Shown: in pieces, positions 40,523 through 50,781 of the stretch
Numbering within the stretch: position 1 is the stretch's first letter
Layout of the letters: each line of letters starts with the position of its first letter
Assembly (NCBI GenBank): GCA_964650285.1
Contig: CAZYSP010000004.1
Location: forward strand, 354-64,353
Reading direction: 5' to 3'
Length of the DNA stretch: 64,000 nucleotides
Source of the DNA: an uncultured Methanosarcinales archaeon
GTDB taxonomy: Archaea; Nanobdellota; Nanobdellia; Woesearchaeales; GW2011-AR4
Position numbers and translations under genes: made by a program
Notes under the pieces: generated by a model
Seen by the model: only the letters and a program-made list of their open reading frames with translations
What the model was told of the DNA's origin: nothing
Databases searched by the model: none

Positions 40523-41163
40523 TTATAGCTTTAACAGGCAAAAACGCATCCGGCAAAAGCGAGGTTGCAGAATATCTGAAAACAAAAGGATTTGTTTATT
40601 ATTCTCTTTCTGATGTGTTGAGGGAAGAAGCTACAAAAAGAGGTTTAGAGCATTCCAGGGATAATTTGACTAAATTAGGAAATGGGTTAAGGGAAAAATT
40701 TGGAGCAAGTTATTTAGCAGCCCAAATTAATAAAAAAATAAAGCAGCAATTAAAGTCCAATAATAGAAATTCAATAATTAAAAAAAACAATGGTTTGATT
40801 AATAATAATGGATCAAAAATCAATGAAAAAAATAACAACGAAACCAATTTTGTAATTGACAGCATAAGAAGCCCTTATGAGGCAAAAGAACTGATGAAAA
40901 ACAAGGATTTTATTCTTATTGGCATCGATGTCCCAGTTGAATTGTGTTTTAAAAGGCTGCTTGAAAGAAACAGGGTTGGAGATGCAAAGACATTGGAAGC
41001 CTTCAAACAACAAGAGCAAAGAGAAAATTTAAATAATACTACAAATCAACAGCTCGATGAGACATTTAAGTTAGCAGAAAAAGTTATTGTTAATGATGGC
41101 ACTTTGGAAGAGTTGCATAAGAAAGTTGATGATTTATTATTACAACTAAAAAATAAACATTAA
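40519..41163 (+). CDS. P-loop nucleotide kinase (dephospho-CoA/cytidylate kinase-like) with Asn-rich insertion
   Basis: LTGKNASGKS, VIDSIR, VNDGTLEEL. Confidence 0.8.
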   Translation: MIIALTGKNASGKSEVAEYLKTKGFVYYSLSDVLREEATKRGLEHSRDNLTKLGNGLREKFGASYLAAQINKKIKQQLKSNNRNSIIKKNNGLINNNGSKINEKNNNETNFVIDSIRSPYEAKELMKNKDFILIGIDVPVELCFKRLLERNRVGDAKTLEAFKQQEQRENLNNTTNQQLDETFKLAEKVIVNDGTLEELHKKVDDLLLQLKNKH

Positions 41164-41212
41164 TTCATATTAAAAATAAAAAATATTATTGGAATAAAAA
41201 TAATGAATAAAA

Positions 41213-41650
41213 ATGACAAGAGCAAGCTGGGAAGAGTATTTCATGAACATTGCAAAGCAGGTTGCTAGCAGAAGCACCTGTGAAAGGAAGCATATAGGCT
41301 CAGTTATTGTAAGGGATAAAACCATACTTTCTACAGGTTATAACGGAAGCATCAGGGGAATGCCGCATTGTGACGAAGCAGGGCATATGATGGAAAATGG
41401 CCATTGTGTTGCTACAATACACGCAGAAGCAAATGCAATCCTGCAAGCAGCTAAAAATGGCGTCATGATTGGCAATTCTGAAATCTACATAACCGCAAGC
41501 CCATGCTGGACATGCTTCAAGATGCTTGCTAACGCCGGAATAAAAAAAATCTATTATGGAGAATTCTACAGGGATGAAAGGATCTTTGATGTAGCAAAGA
41601 AACTAGGCATAGAATTAACACACATAAAAGTTGATCAGAGTAAGTTATAA
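41213..41650 (+). CDS. dCMP deaminase family protein
   Basis: STC, GYNG, HAEANA, PCWTC. Confidence 0.92.
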   Translation: MTRASWEEYFMNIAKQVASRSTCERKHIGSVIVRDKTILSTGYNGSIRGMPHCDEAGHMMENGHCVATIHAEANAILQAAKNGVMIGNSEIYITASPCWTCFKMLANAGIKKIYYGEFYRDERIFDVAKKLGIELTHIKVDQSKL

Positions 41651-41662
41651 AGATTGCACAAT

Positions 41663-41760
41663 CTAACGTGCTGTCCAGCCGCCATCCACAACAAGATTAT
41701 GGCCAGTTATAAAGCTCGATTCATCCAATGCCAAAAAAACTGCAGCATTTCCAATCGGCC
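41663..41760 (-). pseudogene. C-terminal relic of a short-chain dehydrogenase
   Basis: Encodes PIGNAAVFLALDESSFITGHNLVVDGGWTAR-stop; in-frame stop upstream, no N-terminus. Confidence 0.8.
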
Positions 41761-41837
41761 TTTTTCTTTCTTTTGTTGTAGAACTACTTTATAAACCTCA
41801 CGCGCAAATGTCCGGTGGTATAGTAAGAATTAGATGA

Positions 41838-43340
41838 TCAAACACTCTCAGGCTTCCATAATCTTGCAATCCTGTCCTTTTCGCGCCATTTTCTTATGAA
41901 GTTCTTTACCCTTAACGGAAGGACAGTTTCAAGAAGTTCACTTTTTTCAGTCAGCTTGTAAAGCTCTTTTTTTAGCTTGTTGCTTAAGTCTTTATACAAG
42001 CTAGGGTCAGCATAAATCAAGCCTTCCTCAATTCTATGGTAAGCTGTAGTTCCTTCTGGAGCAAAAACTATGTAACCGCGTTTGCCCTTTAAAAGTTCCG
42101 AGTAAGAATCCATCCCCCTGTACACCTTTTCTGCATCTGCTAAATAAACACCGCCTTTCTTGCCGCTTGGGTCTAAAATTACAAGCTCATCACCCTCAAC
42201 AGCCACGCATACAGAATAATGGGCTGATTTTGCTTGCGGAAATAAAATATTCTTTTTATAGTCAACAATAATTAAGGCTCCTTCATTGAGCCATAGCCTT
42301 ATCTCATCTTTTAAGTCTGTTATGTGGCCTATGTCTATCCAGGCTCCCTTAACCTTGTTTTTGGTCATATCCTGCGTAACTTTGATCAATGTTTCCGGAT
42401 GAGTTCCCATACCCACCTTGGTGTTGCTTAATTCCCCTATTTTTGACTGGCTCTCACTGTAGCCAAAGATTTTCAGTATTATTGATACGCTGGCAGGTCC
42501 ACAAAAACTGGGCTTTTGCTCAACATAATAACTTTTTATTTTTTCCAAAGTATCAAGGTCAGTTTCTACATTCTTGAATGATATGTCTTTTTTTACAAAT
42601 TCTTTGTTGGGTATGGATGTTGAATAGCCAAAATCAGACTTTATTGTAACTGCCTGGTTTGATATGGATTTTATGCTGCCATCTATATCATCAATTTTAA
42701 CTTTCTGGCCAAGTTTAAATGATCTAGAGGTTCTTATGTAAATGCCTGCTATAAAATTTTCCATAAACACTTTTGTTCCAAAAAATATGTATAAGAAAAG
42801 CAGGGCCATGATTCCATAAAAAAACCATCCAATAGCAGAGGTTATACCACTTATATTAATACCAAAAAAATCCAGCAGGAATAAGCCGGTAAATAGGTAC
42901 AAAGAAATGCGCACAAAAGCCAGAATCCCGTTCAGGAAATGCTCTCTCTTCTGCTCAAGCATAAACTCTGTAATGCCAGTTGCAGCAAATATCCTTTTTA
43001 ATCCAAAAGTTATCAGATTTATGACTGCTATAGCCAGTATAATCAGCAGTATTACAAGCAGTATGTTTGGCAATAAGTCGTATGTATTTGAAATGAAGTT
43101 GCCTGCTACTGTTATGTCCTTTACCAAATCAACCTGTAAGTAGATTAATGCAGCTAAAATTGTGAAAATCATAACCAGGTATCTGAAAACCTTTACAATC
43201 TGTATGTGCTTTACACTTATTGTTTCTTTTTTTTTGGAGAATGAGATTACTAAGCTACTTCCTATCCTGACTACTACGTAACCTGCTATAAGTATTAAAA
43301 TAGTGATTAAAAGTTTTGTTGTTGTTACATTCAGTGCCAT
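41838..43340 (-). CDS. MscS-family membrane protein fused to a C39-like peptidase domain
   Basis: Multiple TMs, MscS beta-domain (FKLGQKVKI...VTIKSDFG..TSIPN), then QKPSFCGPAS...HY...ILDP. Confidence 0.82.
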   Translation of the reverse strand: MALNVTTTKLLITILILIAGYVVVRIGSSLVISFSKKKETISVKHIQIVKVFRYLVMIFTILAALIYLQVDLVKDITVAGNFISNTYDLLPNILLVILLIILAIAVINLITFGLKRIFAATGITEFMLEQKREHFLNGILAFVRISLYLFTGLFLLDFFGINISGITSAIGWFFYGIMALLFLYIFFGTKVFMENFIAGIYIRTSRSFKLGQKVKIDDIDGSIKSISNQAVTIKSDFGYSTSIPNKEFVKKDISFKNVETDLDTLEKIKSYYVEQKPSFCGPASVSIILKIFGYSESQSKIGELSNTKVGMGTHPETLIKVTQDMTKNKVKGAWIDIGHITDLKDEIRLWLNEGALIIVDYKKNILFPQAKSAHYSVCVAVEGDELVILDPSGKKGGVYLADAEKVYRGMDSYSELLKGKRGYIVFAPEGTTAYHRIEEGLIYADPSLYKDLSNKLKKELYKLTEKSELLETVLPLRVKNFIRKWREKDRIARLWKPESV

Positions 43341-43516
43341 TTTAGGTTTTTTAACTACTTATTCTAAATGATAACCGAGGTTAAATAAATAGTTTGTTGT
43401 TTTTTTGAAATTTTAAACAGAAGTTTGAATGAAAAATGAGATTTTTAATAAAATTGTGTAAATATTATCTCTGTAAAGATAAGTTCAAATAATTATCATT
43501 ATTGCCCTAATATTTA

Positions 43517-43864
43517 ATGACCGTAAACATTACTGTAGAGGAATTAGACATACGTAGAACATATTTATGCAAAAATCTTGATTTAGTTACATTATTTTTT
43601 TTAAAAGAAAAAAGTTCACTTAATGCCTATGATGTTATAGAAGAAGTCCTTTCTGAATTCAAGGTTTTGCTATTCCCACCTACAGTTTATCATGTTTGGG
43701 ATAATCTTACTCACACTAATTATATAAAAGTGGATGAAGCAGGAGAAAAAGGTGAAGAATATTTGAATTTATTAATATCAACTAGAGCAAGAATAGATAG
43801 ACATTTAGGATTAATCCAGAAGGATATGCCACTATACCATCCATTACCTCCAACATTTGCGTAG
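43517..43864 (+). CDS. PadR-like winged-helix protein
   Basis: LDLVTLFFLKE...AYDVI...VLLFPPTVY. Confidence 0.6.
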   Translation: MTVNITVEELDIRRTYLCKNLDLVTLFFLKEKSSLNAYDVIEEVLSEFKVLLFPPTVYHVWDNLTHTNYIKVDEAGEKGEEYLNLLISTRARIDRHLGLIQKDMPLYHPLPPTFA

Positions 43865-43954
43865 TATTTCCTAAGGATTCTTTTAGTTTCTTTATATGCA
43901 ACAGTATCTAAAAAGAAAACATTTATATATCAATCTGCCTTGTATAAAGTTGAA

Positions 43955-44122
43955 ATGATTATAGACAAAAATATTTTGATAGGGCTCGGTATTTTAGTGG
44001 GGATTTACCTATTGTATAAATTTTTGTTCCGTGCAAGCAAGTTTGATGATGAGTACCAAAAAGTCTATAATAAAGTCCTTACCTCAGAAGAGTATAAGGT
44101 TAAAGGACAGTATGATAAATAA
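43955..44122 (+). CDS. Small single-TM protein
   Basis: ILIGLGILVGIYLLYKFLF followed by a charged tail. Confidence 0.6.
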   Translation: MIIDKNILIGLGILVGIYLLYKFLFRASKFDDEYQKVYNKVLTSEEYKVKGQYDK

Positions 44123-44194
44123 GTTCTTCTTTTTCTGGGATTGCATTAAAAATAAATAAATTTATTAAAGATAAATGAGAAATATCATAATAAA

Positions 44195-44320
44195 ATGGTA
44201 AAATGCCCTTACTGCGGAAAGGAATTGACAGAAAATGAAACATTCTGCTGGCACTGCGAGAATGATCTTTCCAAGCTGAAAGATAAGATGGAAAAGCCGG
44301 AATCAGAAGAAGATAGTTAG
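44195..44320 (+). CDS. 41-aa zinc-ribbon protein (absent from ORF track)
   Basis: MVKCPYCGKELTENETFCWHCENDL...; abuts tpiA. Confidence 0.8.
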   Translation: MVKCPYCGKELTENETFCWHCENDLSKLKDKMEKPESEEDS

Positions 44321-44321
44321 A

Positions 44322-45071
44322 ATGGCAATGAAACCTCTAATAGCAGCGAACTGGAAGATGAATAAGGATATTAAGGAAGCTGTTTCTTTTATTAACAAAT
44401 TTAAAAATTTAATTAAAAATATTAAAAATACTGAAATAGTAATTTGTGCACCTTTTACATCATTATCTGAAATAAAAAAATTAATCAAAACTACAAATAT
44501 TAAACTTGGCGCGCAAAACATGCATTTTGAGGAAAAAGGCGCATTTACAGGCGAGATTTCCGGATTAATGCTAAAAGATATTGTTGAATATGTTATTCTA
44601 GGTCATTCTGAGAGAAGGCAGATTTTTCATGAGACTGATGATTTAATAAACAAAAAAATAGAGTCAGCATTAAAAAATAAATTAAAACCTATATTATGCA
44701 TTGGAGAAACATTACAGCAGAGAAACAATAACAAAACAATGAAAATAATAAAAAATCAATTGAAAGGATGTTTAAAAAATGTTTCAAATGATGAAATGAA
44801 AAATATTGTTGTTGCTTACGAGCCGGTATGGGCAATAGGGACAGGGAAAAATGCAACTCCAGAGCAGGCAGAAGAAGTTCATAAGTTCATAAGGGAATTA
44901 TTGTCAAAAATGTATAATGAAACTATTTCTAAAAATACAAGGATAATTTACGGCGGCAGCATGAAGCCAAATAACGCCCGCGAGCTGTTATCAATGCCAA
45001 ACATCAATGGCGGCTTAGTTGGTGGTGCTTCTTTAGATGCCAAGAGTTTTGGTGAGATTTGCAATACCTAA
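44322..45071 (+). CDS. tpiA: Triosephosphate isomerase (bacterial-length)
   Basis: [33 protein letters not shown]. Confidence 0.97.
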   Translation: MAMKPLIAANWKMNKDIKEAVSFINKFKNLIKNIKNTEIVICAPFTSLSEIKKLIKTTNIKLGAQNMHFEEKGAFTGEISGLMLKDIVEYVILGHSERRQIFHETDDLINKKIESALKNKLKPILCIGETLQQRNNNKTMKIIKNQLKGCLKNVSNDEMKNIVVAYEPVWAIGTGKNATPEQAEEVHKFIRELLSKMYNETISKNTRIIYGGSMKPNNARELLSMPNINGGLVGGASLDAKSFGEICNT

Positions 45072-46171
45072 AACATCTTACCCAAAAACCCTTTTTTCTT
45101 CTTGTTTCCTTTTTCAAATTCCTTAAGAAGTTCTTTCTGTTTTTTGCTTAATTTTTCAGGTACTTCAATAACAACCTCAACATTTTCATTTCCAGTGCCA
45201 TGACCATGTAGATAAGGTACGCCTTTTCCTTTCATTCTAAAAATAGTATTATTTTGCGTGCCAGCAGGTATTTTTAACTTGGCCTTTTCATCTAATGTAG
45301 GAACTTCTATTTCCCCACCTAAAGCTGCTATAGTAAATGGTATTGGTACTTTAATGTAGATATCATCACCATGCCTTTCAAATATTTCATGCTCTTTTAC
45401 ATGAATTATGATGTATAAGTCACCAGGTTCTGCACCTTTTTCTCCTGCTTCACCTTCCTCAACAATCCTTAAATTTGTCCCTTCTTCTGCCCCTGTTGGA
45501 ACTTTAACTTCAAGCTTCCTGGTTTTTTTAACAACTCCAGTACCATCGCAAACTGCACATTCTTTCTTTATGTATTTTCCCTGGCCGCGGCATTTGCCGC
45601 AGGTTGTTGTTGTAGAGAACATTCCAAATGGTGTCCTTTGCGTTCTTCTTTGCATTCCAGAGCCGTTGCACTCAGGACAGTTTACAATATCTGCATCGCT
45701 TTCAGCACCAGAGCCATGGCATTTTGAACAGGACTCTAATCTTGGGATAATAATATGCTTTGCTACACCTTTAGCAGCCTCTTCCAGAGTAATTTCCAAA
45801 TCATACCTTAAATCAGCTCCTCTTCTAGGTCCTCTTCTTCTTGAGCCAAACTGCCTTCCTCCGAAAAAACTTTCAAATATGCTGTCAAAATCAAAACCAC
45901 CTCCAAAATCAGACATTATATCGCTAAAGTCAAAGCCTTCAAAGCCCTTGAACTGGTCTGCAGTTGTGCCGTACTGGTCGTATTGTGTTCTTTTCTGGTC
46001 GTCAGCAAGAACAGCAGCAGCTTCATTTATTTCCTTGAACTTATCAGCAGAATCCTCTTCCTTATTCAAATCAGGATGATATTTTTTAGCCAGCTTCTTG
46101 TAGGCTTTCTTTATTTCCTCCTTGGTCGCGTTCTTACCTACGCCTAGTATTTTGTAATAGTCTTTTGGCAT
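45068..46171 (-). CDS. dnaJ: Chaperone DnaJ
   Basis: HPD J-domain, four CxxCxGxG repeats. Confidence 0.98.
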   Translation of the reverse strand: MPKDYYKILGVGKNATKEEIKKAYKKLAKKYHPDLNKEEDSADKFKEINEAAAVLADDQKRTQYDQYGTTADQFKGFEGFDFSDIMSDFGGGFDFDSIFESFFGGRQFGSRRRGPRRGADLRYDLEITLEEAAKGVAKHIIIPRLESCSKCHGSGAESDADIVNCPECNGSGMQRRTQRTPFGMFSTTTTCGKCRGQGKYIKKECAVCDGTGVVKKTRKLEVKVPTGAEEGTNLRIVEEGEAGEKGAEPGDLYIIIHVKEHEIFERHGDDIYIKVPIPFTIAALGGEIEVPTLDEKAKLKIPAGTQNNTIFRMKGKGVPYLHGHGTGNENVEVVIEVPEKLSKKQKELLKEFEKGNKKKKGFLGKMF

Positions 46172-46261
46172 TTTATTTGATTTTAATTTTATTTTAATAA
46201 TTATTTTTTATTGAATTTCCTATTTTTATTATTTTAATAAAATTTTTAATTGGATTTATTA

Positions 46262-46738
46262 TTATTGTAGCAATTCTTCCTCAATCTTTTTTACAAATTC
46301 TAATTTTTTAGTTAAATCAATATTATACCTTTTTTCTAAATCTTTAAACCTTTCCTCCAAACTTACTATTCTGTTTCCCCTAACTCTTTTGTCAGCATAA
46401 AAAAGAATCTTTTCCTCAATTCTTATTGGCTGGTTTTTTTCTTTTTCAATTTCGTACAAACTATGTTTTCTAGCCACTTCAGAAACTTCCGGAAAGCCTA
46501 TGCTTTTTAATAACTTTGCCCCTGCAATTATATGATTATCTTTTTCTCTTTCAACATCATGCAATAAGGCTGCTGCAATAACAAGGTTTTTATTAATATT
46601 AATGCCTTTTTTTATTAATCTATCAGCAATTTCTTCAGCAACTTTGCAAACAGTTTTACAGTGCCCAATCACATTAGAAGGAGTTTTATTTTTATTTAGA
46701 ATATCTAAACATTCCTCTTTTGACGGGATTAGTGCCAT
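46262..46738 (-). CDS. HD-domain (HDIG) protein
   Basis: HC..V, ALLHDV, H, H, YADKR. Confidence 0.88.
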   Translation of the reverse strand: MALIPSKEECLDILNKNKTPSNVIGHCKTVCKVAEEIADRLIKKGININKNLVIAAALLHDVEREKDNHIIAGAKLLKSIGFPEVSEVARKHSLYEIEKEKNQPIRIEEKILFYADKRVRGNRIVSLEERFKDLEKRYNIDLTKKLEFVKKIEEELLQ

Positions 46739-46753
46739 AATAAAAAAGAAAAA

Positions 46754-48670
46754 TTATTTTTTCTTTTTCTTTTTATCATCATCTTCCACTTTGTACTCTG
46801 CATCAACTACTTTGTCATCTTTCTTTTCACTCCCAGAACCTGCAGAAGCTCCTGCTTGTTTGCCTTGCTGTTGCTTCTTAGCCTGCTCCTGTGCAACTTT
46901 TTGGTACATCTCTGTTGACATTTTCTGGACTAACTGGTTAACCTCATCCATTTTTGCCTTTATTGCTGCAATATCTTTCTTTTCTTGCTTCAACAGCTCT
47001 TTCAATTCCATTCTTTTTCCTTTCACTGTCTCAAGCTCTTTGCTGTCAACCTTGCCCTCAAACTCCTTGAAGAGCTTTTCAGTTGAATAGACCAGCGCAT
47101 CTGCATTATTGACGGTTTCCACTTGCTCTTTTCTTTTCTTATCTTCATCAGCATGTTTTTCTGCATCTTCTTGCATCTTAGCAATTTCTTCATCTGAAAG
47201 ATTTGTTGAAGCTACAATTTTAACTGATTGTTCCTTTCCTGTTCCTAAATCCTTTGCTGAAACATTTACAATACCATTTGCATCAATATCAAATGTAACT
47301 TCAATTTGAGGAACTCCTCTTGGAGCTGGAGGTAATCCTTCTAGATTAAATGAACCAATAACTTTATTGTCATTAAACATTGCTCTCTCTCCTTGACCTA
47401 CTCTAATTGTTACAGCTGATTGATTATCTTCAGCTGTTGAATACACTTGAGATTTCTTTGTTGGAATTGTTGTATTCTTATCAATCATTTTTGTGAAAAC
47501 TCCACCAAGTGTTTCAATACCAAGTGTTAATGGTGTTACATCAAGCAATAAGATGTCCTTGACTTCTCCGGCTAAAACTCCTGCCTGTATTGCTGCACCT
47601 TGGGCAACACATTCCATTGGATCAACACCACGCTCTACCTTTTTACTAACAAAATCTTCTACAAATTTCCTTACAATAGGCATTCTTGTTGGACCGCCTA
47701 CAAGAATTATCTTGTTTATGTCTTTTGATGTCAATTTAGAGTCTTTCAATGCCTGCTCCATTGGATGCTTGCATTTCTGTATAATTAGCTCTACAAGCTG
47801 CTCTAACTTTGACCTTGCAAGCTTCATGCTTAAGTGTTTTGGACTGTCGTTAACAGAAGTTATGAAAGGAATATTGATATCTGTTTCAAGTGTTGTAGAT
47901 AACTCAATTTTTGCTTTTTCTGTAGCCTCTCTTAAGCGCTGCATAGCTGTGTCATCCTCACTTAAATCAATTCCTTCCTTATTTTTAAAGTCCTCAATAA
48001 TGAATTTCATCAATGCTTCGTCCATATCTGTTCCGCCTAGTTGTGTGTCTCCAGAAGTAGCTTTAACTTCAAAAACTCCTTCAGAAAAATCCATTATTGT
48101 AACATCTAGTGTTCCGCCGCCAAAGTCAAATACAAGAATTTTTAGTTCCTTATCCATCTTGTCTAGGCCGTAAGCCATTGAGGCTGCTGTTGGCTCATTG
48201 ACTAATCTAACAACTTCCAAACCTGCTATAGTACCAGCATCTTTTGTAGCCTGTCTTTGGTTGTCATCAAAATAGGCTGGTACTGTTATGACTGCCTTCT
48301 TTATTGGTTCTCCTACAAATTCTTCTGCATCCTTCTTTATTTTTTGTAGAATAAATGCTGAGATTTGCTGTGGAGAGTATTTTTTGCCATTTATTTTGTA
48401 CTCAAAGCTCTTTCCCATCTTTCTTTTTGCAACAGTTATTGTGCCTTGAGGATTGCTTACAGCTTGTCTTCTTGCTGGCTCTCCCACTAACATTTGCCCG
48501 TCTTTTGTAAATGCAACTACACTAGGAAATGCTTTTCCGTAAGCAGTTGTGCCTTCTGCACTGGGTATAATTGTGGGTTTGCCTGCTTGCAAAACAGAAG
48601 CAGCACTGTTGCTTGTACCCAAATCTATTCCAATAATTTTTTCTTTCTTCATTTTTGTTTTTTCAGCCAT
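46754..48670 (-). CDS. dnaK: Chaperone DnaK
   Basis: [34 protein letters not shown]. Confidence 0.99.
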   Translation of the reverse strand: MAEKTKMKKEKIIGIDLGTSNSAASVLQAGKPTIIPSAEGTTAYGKAFPSVVAFTKDGQMLVGEPARRQAVSNPQGTITVAKRKMGKSFEYKINGKKYSPQQISAFILQKIKKDAEEFVGEPIKKAVITVPAYFDDNQRQATKDAGTIAGLEVVRLVNEPTAASMAYGLDKMDKELKILVFDFGGGTLDVTIMDFSEGVFEVKATSGDTQLGGTDMDEALMKFIIEDFKNKEGIDLSEDDTAMQRLREATEKAKIELSTTLETDINIPFITSVNDSPKHLSMKLARSKLEQLVELIIQKCKHPMEQALKDSKLTSKDINKIILVGGPTRMPIVRKFVEDFVSKKVERGVDPMECVAQGAAIQAGVLAGEVKDILLLDVTPLTLGIETLGGVFTKMIDKNTTIPTKKSQVYSTAEDNQSAVTIRVGQGERAMFNDNKVIGSFNLEGLPPAPRGVPQIEVTFDIDANGIVNVSAKDLGTGKEQSVKIVASTNLSDEEIAKMQEDAEKHADEDKKRKEQVETVNNADALVYSTEKLFKEFEGKVDSKELETVKGKRMELKELLKQEKKDIAAIKAKMDEVNQLVQKMSTEMYQKVAQEQAKKQQQGKQAGASAGSGSEKKDDKVVDAEYKVEDDDKKKKKK

Positions 48671-48777
48671 TTTTACATCACCATTAGTTTTATTTTTTTA
48701 TTTTTTTAATCAATATTTTTTAATTTGAAATTATTGTTTTTATTACTGTAAATTTTTGAATTGGAATTTTTCTGTTG

Positions 48778-49308
48778 TTATTTTAATAATTCAAAACTTA
48801 ATATTTTCTTTAACTTCTCTTTATCAGGAACTAAATCCTTTAATTCAGCTCCTCTTAGTGTTTTTCCGCCACTTTTCAGGTAAGTTGCATACTGTCTTAA
48901 ACTCTCTGGGTCATTTTCATTTACAAAATGGTTAAGCATAAACCACAAACTTAATTGCTCACCATAGTCTTTGCATCCCATTGCAACTTTACATTCCAAT
49001 GGTTTTGCTTCATGTATTCTGCATCTGATTTCTTGATCAAAAAAGGCGCATTTTCCATATGGTTTGTGTTTCTTCAGTATTCTTGGTCTGTATTTTTTTG
49101 TGTTAAATTTCTCAACTTCTTCTAAAAATTCTTTTTTCAAAACCTCTTCTGTTATCCCTAAATGTTTTGCAATTCTTGAAATGTCATCATTAACTAAAAA
49201 GCCGCTACCATATTTGCATCCATTAGTGCATGCCTCGCATTTGCATGCATGCACAAGCTTCAAAACCTCTTCTACAGGAGTGTTTTTTGTTAAATTTATT
49301 TTTTTCAA
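48778..49308 (-). CDS. YkgJ-family cysteine cluster protein
   Basis: CKCEACTNGC, CAFF...CRIHEAKPLEC. Confidence 0.8.
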   Translation of the reverse strand: MKKINLTKNTPVEEVLKLVHACKCEACTNGCKYGSGFLVNDDISRIAKHLGITEEVLKKEFLEEVEKFNTKKYRPRILKKHKPYGKCAFFDQEIRCRIHEAKPLECKVAMGCKDYGEQLSLWFMLNHFVNENDPESLRQYATYLKSGGKTLRGAELKDLVPDKEKLKKILSFELLK

Positions 49309-49337
49309 TCAAATACCTCTTTACATTGTTTATTTGC

Positions 49338-49440
49338 TATTTTCTAAGTTCACAATTATTTGTTTAGTTATTTTTTATTTTACACATAATACTATTTCGG
49401 CATTGAAATTATTTTTAATAAATAATCATCGTTAGCGATG
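49338..49440 (-). repeat. AT-rich dispersed intergenic repeat, copy A
   Basis: 24-bp AAATAATTGTGAACTTAGAAAATA identical to 57133-57156; flanks also align. Confidence 0.75.
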
Positions 49441-49493
49441 CAAATTGTTTGGTTTTTGTTTTTAATATAAATTTTTATTATTGGAAAATTTTT

Positions 49494-50060
49494 TTATTTT
49501 TTATTATTGTTACTTTCTTTTTTCTCTTCTATTTTTTCATTAATCTTGACTTTGCTGTGCCTCAAAACCTTTCCATTAAGCATATAGCCTTTTTGCAGTT
49601 CTTCCAAAACAATATTTTCATCCTTATCGGATTTTTCCTTTAACATTACTTCATGCAAATAAGGATCAAACTTTTTTCCCAATGCTTCAATTGGTCTTAC
49701 TCCTTCTGACTCCAAAATTGAAAACAACTGAACATAAACAATCTCCATACCCTTTACGAATTTTTCCTTGTCATTAGTGTTTTTTAATGCGATTTCAAAG
49801 GTGTCAATTATTGACAATAATTTTTGAATAAGCTCTGCTTTGGCATATTTTACAAACTCTCCTTTTTCCTTATCTACTCTTTTTCTATAGTTTTCAAATT
49901 CTGCCTGTGTTCTTTGCAGTGTTTCTGTAAGCTCTATAATAATCTCTTTTTCTGTTGGTTTTTTTGCTTTTTGTTGTTTTTTTTCTTTTAACTTTTCATC
50001 TTCCTTTGTTTCTTTCGCTTGCTCTTTTTTTACTTCTTTTTCCATTTTTATTATTTCCAT
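49494..50060 (-). CDS. grpE: Nucleotide exchange factor GrpE
   Basis: AEFENYRKR, FDPYLHE, LQKGY..NGKVLR. Confidence 0.96.
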   Translation of the reverse strand: MEIIKMEKEVKKEQAKETKEDEKLKEKKQQKAKKPTEKEIIIELTETLQRTQAEFENYRKRVDKEKGEFVKYAKAELIQKLLSIIDTFEIALKNTNDKEKFVKGMEIVYVQLFSILESEGVRPIEALGKKFDPYLHEVMLKEKSDKDENIVLEELQKGYMLNGKVLRHSKVKINEKIEEKKESNNNKK

Positions 50061-50127
50061 TAATTATAAAAATATTAAATTAAAAAACAAAAATTGAGTT
50101 ATTGTCTCACATCATTGTTTTAATCTT

Positions 50128-50144
50128 GTTGACTTTAAATCAAC
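50128..50144. promoter_or_regulatory. Inverted repeat GTTGA-N7-TCAAC near the grpE-dnaK promoter
   Basis: GTTGACTTTAAATCAAC. Confidence 0.45.
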
Positions 50145-50243
50145 GAAACTATGGTAACATCAACTTATATTTAAATATTTCTGTTCTAGAGTATATAAAT
50201 AAGCAAAACATTAATAAATAAGTGTATCTTTAAGGGTTTTATC

Positions 50244-50365
50244 GGGCTTTGCCAGAGCGGACTTTAGTCAAAATGGGCATTTTTAAAAAACAAAAAATGC
50301 AAGCATTTTAATTGCACATTTAGCCTGATTCTACCCACCCACCTCCCCTAAAATTGGCAAAGCCC
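50244..50365 (-). ncRNA. Unknown structured RNA/element, copy 3
   Basis: Perfect 11-bp closing stem GGGCTTTGCCA/TGGCAAAGCCC; G-motif (rc 50334-50348), N20, shortened inner stem, CTAAAGTCCGCTC. Confidence 0.7.
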
Positions 50366-50367
50366 AG

Positions 50368-50781
50368 ATGTTTAAAATGAGATACGTACACAAAATAACA
50401 ATAATGAACCTAAGGAAGCCTGTGCATAAGAATGTTAACCAGGAACTGCAATGGTTGGGGAGTTCTTTAGGCTTGTTTAATTTAAGGGATAAGGATAAAA
50501 GTTGTTTTAGGGTTTTTATTGAACTGGTTAAGAATGCAAAAAAAGGTGTTCCCTTGTCAAGCGACGAATTGGCTTACAAACTTGGTTTAAGCAGAGGTAC
50601 AGTTATCCATCATATTAACAAATTACTTGATTCAGGTATTGTCGTGCAGGTTCATAAAGGCTATATTCTAAGGGTTGGAACTTTAAGAGAACTAATAGAC
50701 GAGGTTGAAAAAGATCTTAGAAGGACATGCGACGACTTAAAAAAGATGGCAGAAGAGATTGATCAGAGTTTAGGGCTTTGA
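50368..50781 (+). CDS. Winged-helix transcriptional regulator (TrmB/ArsR-like)
   Basis: SSDELAYKLGLSRGTVIHHINKLLDSGIV. Confidence 0.82.
   Translation: MFKMRYVHKITIMNLRKPVHKNVNQELQWLGSSLGLFNLRDKDKSCFRVFIELVKNAKKGVPLSSDELAYKLGLSRGTVIHHINKLLDSGIVVQVHKGYILRVGTLRELIDEVEKDLRRTCDDLKKMAEEIDQSLGL

Noticed and set aside
41808-41825. GTCCGGTGGTATAGT resembling a tRNA 5' half (split tRNA)
   Set aside because: No D-stem completion, anticodon arm or GC-rich trans-pairing leader follows.
45408-46079. Long antisense ORFs (here opposite dnaJ; likewise opposite dnaK, ribD, rimK, argJ and others)
   Set aside because: Shadow frames of conserved genes with no motifs of their own.
50061-50243. CIRCE/HrcA heat-shock box
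   Set aside because: TTAGCACTC-N9-GAGTGCTAA is not present.
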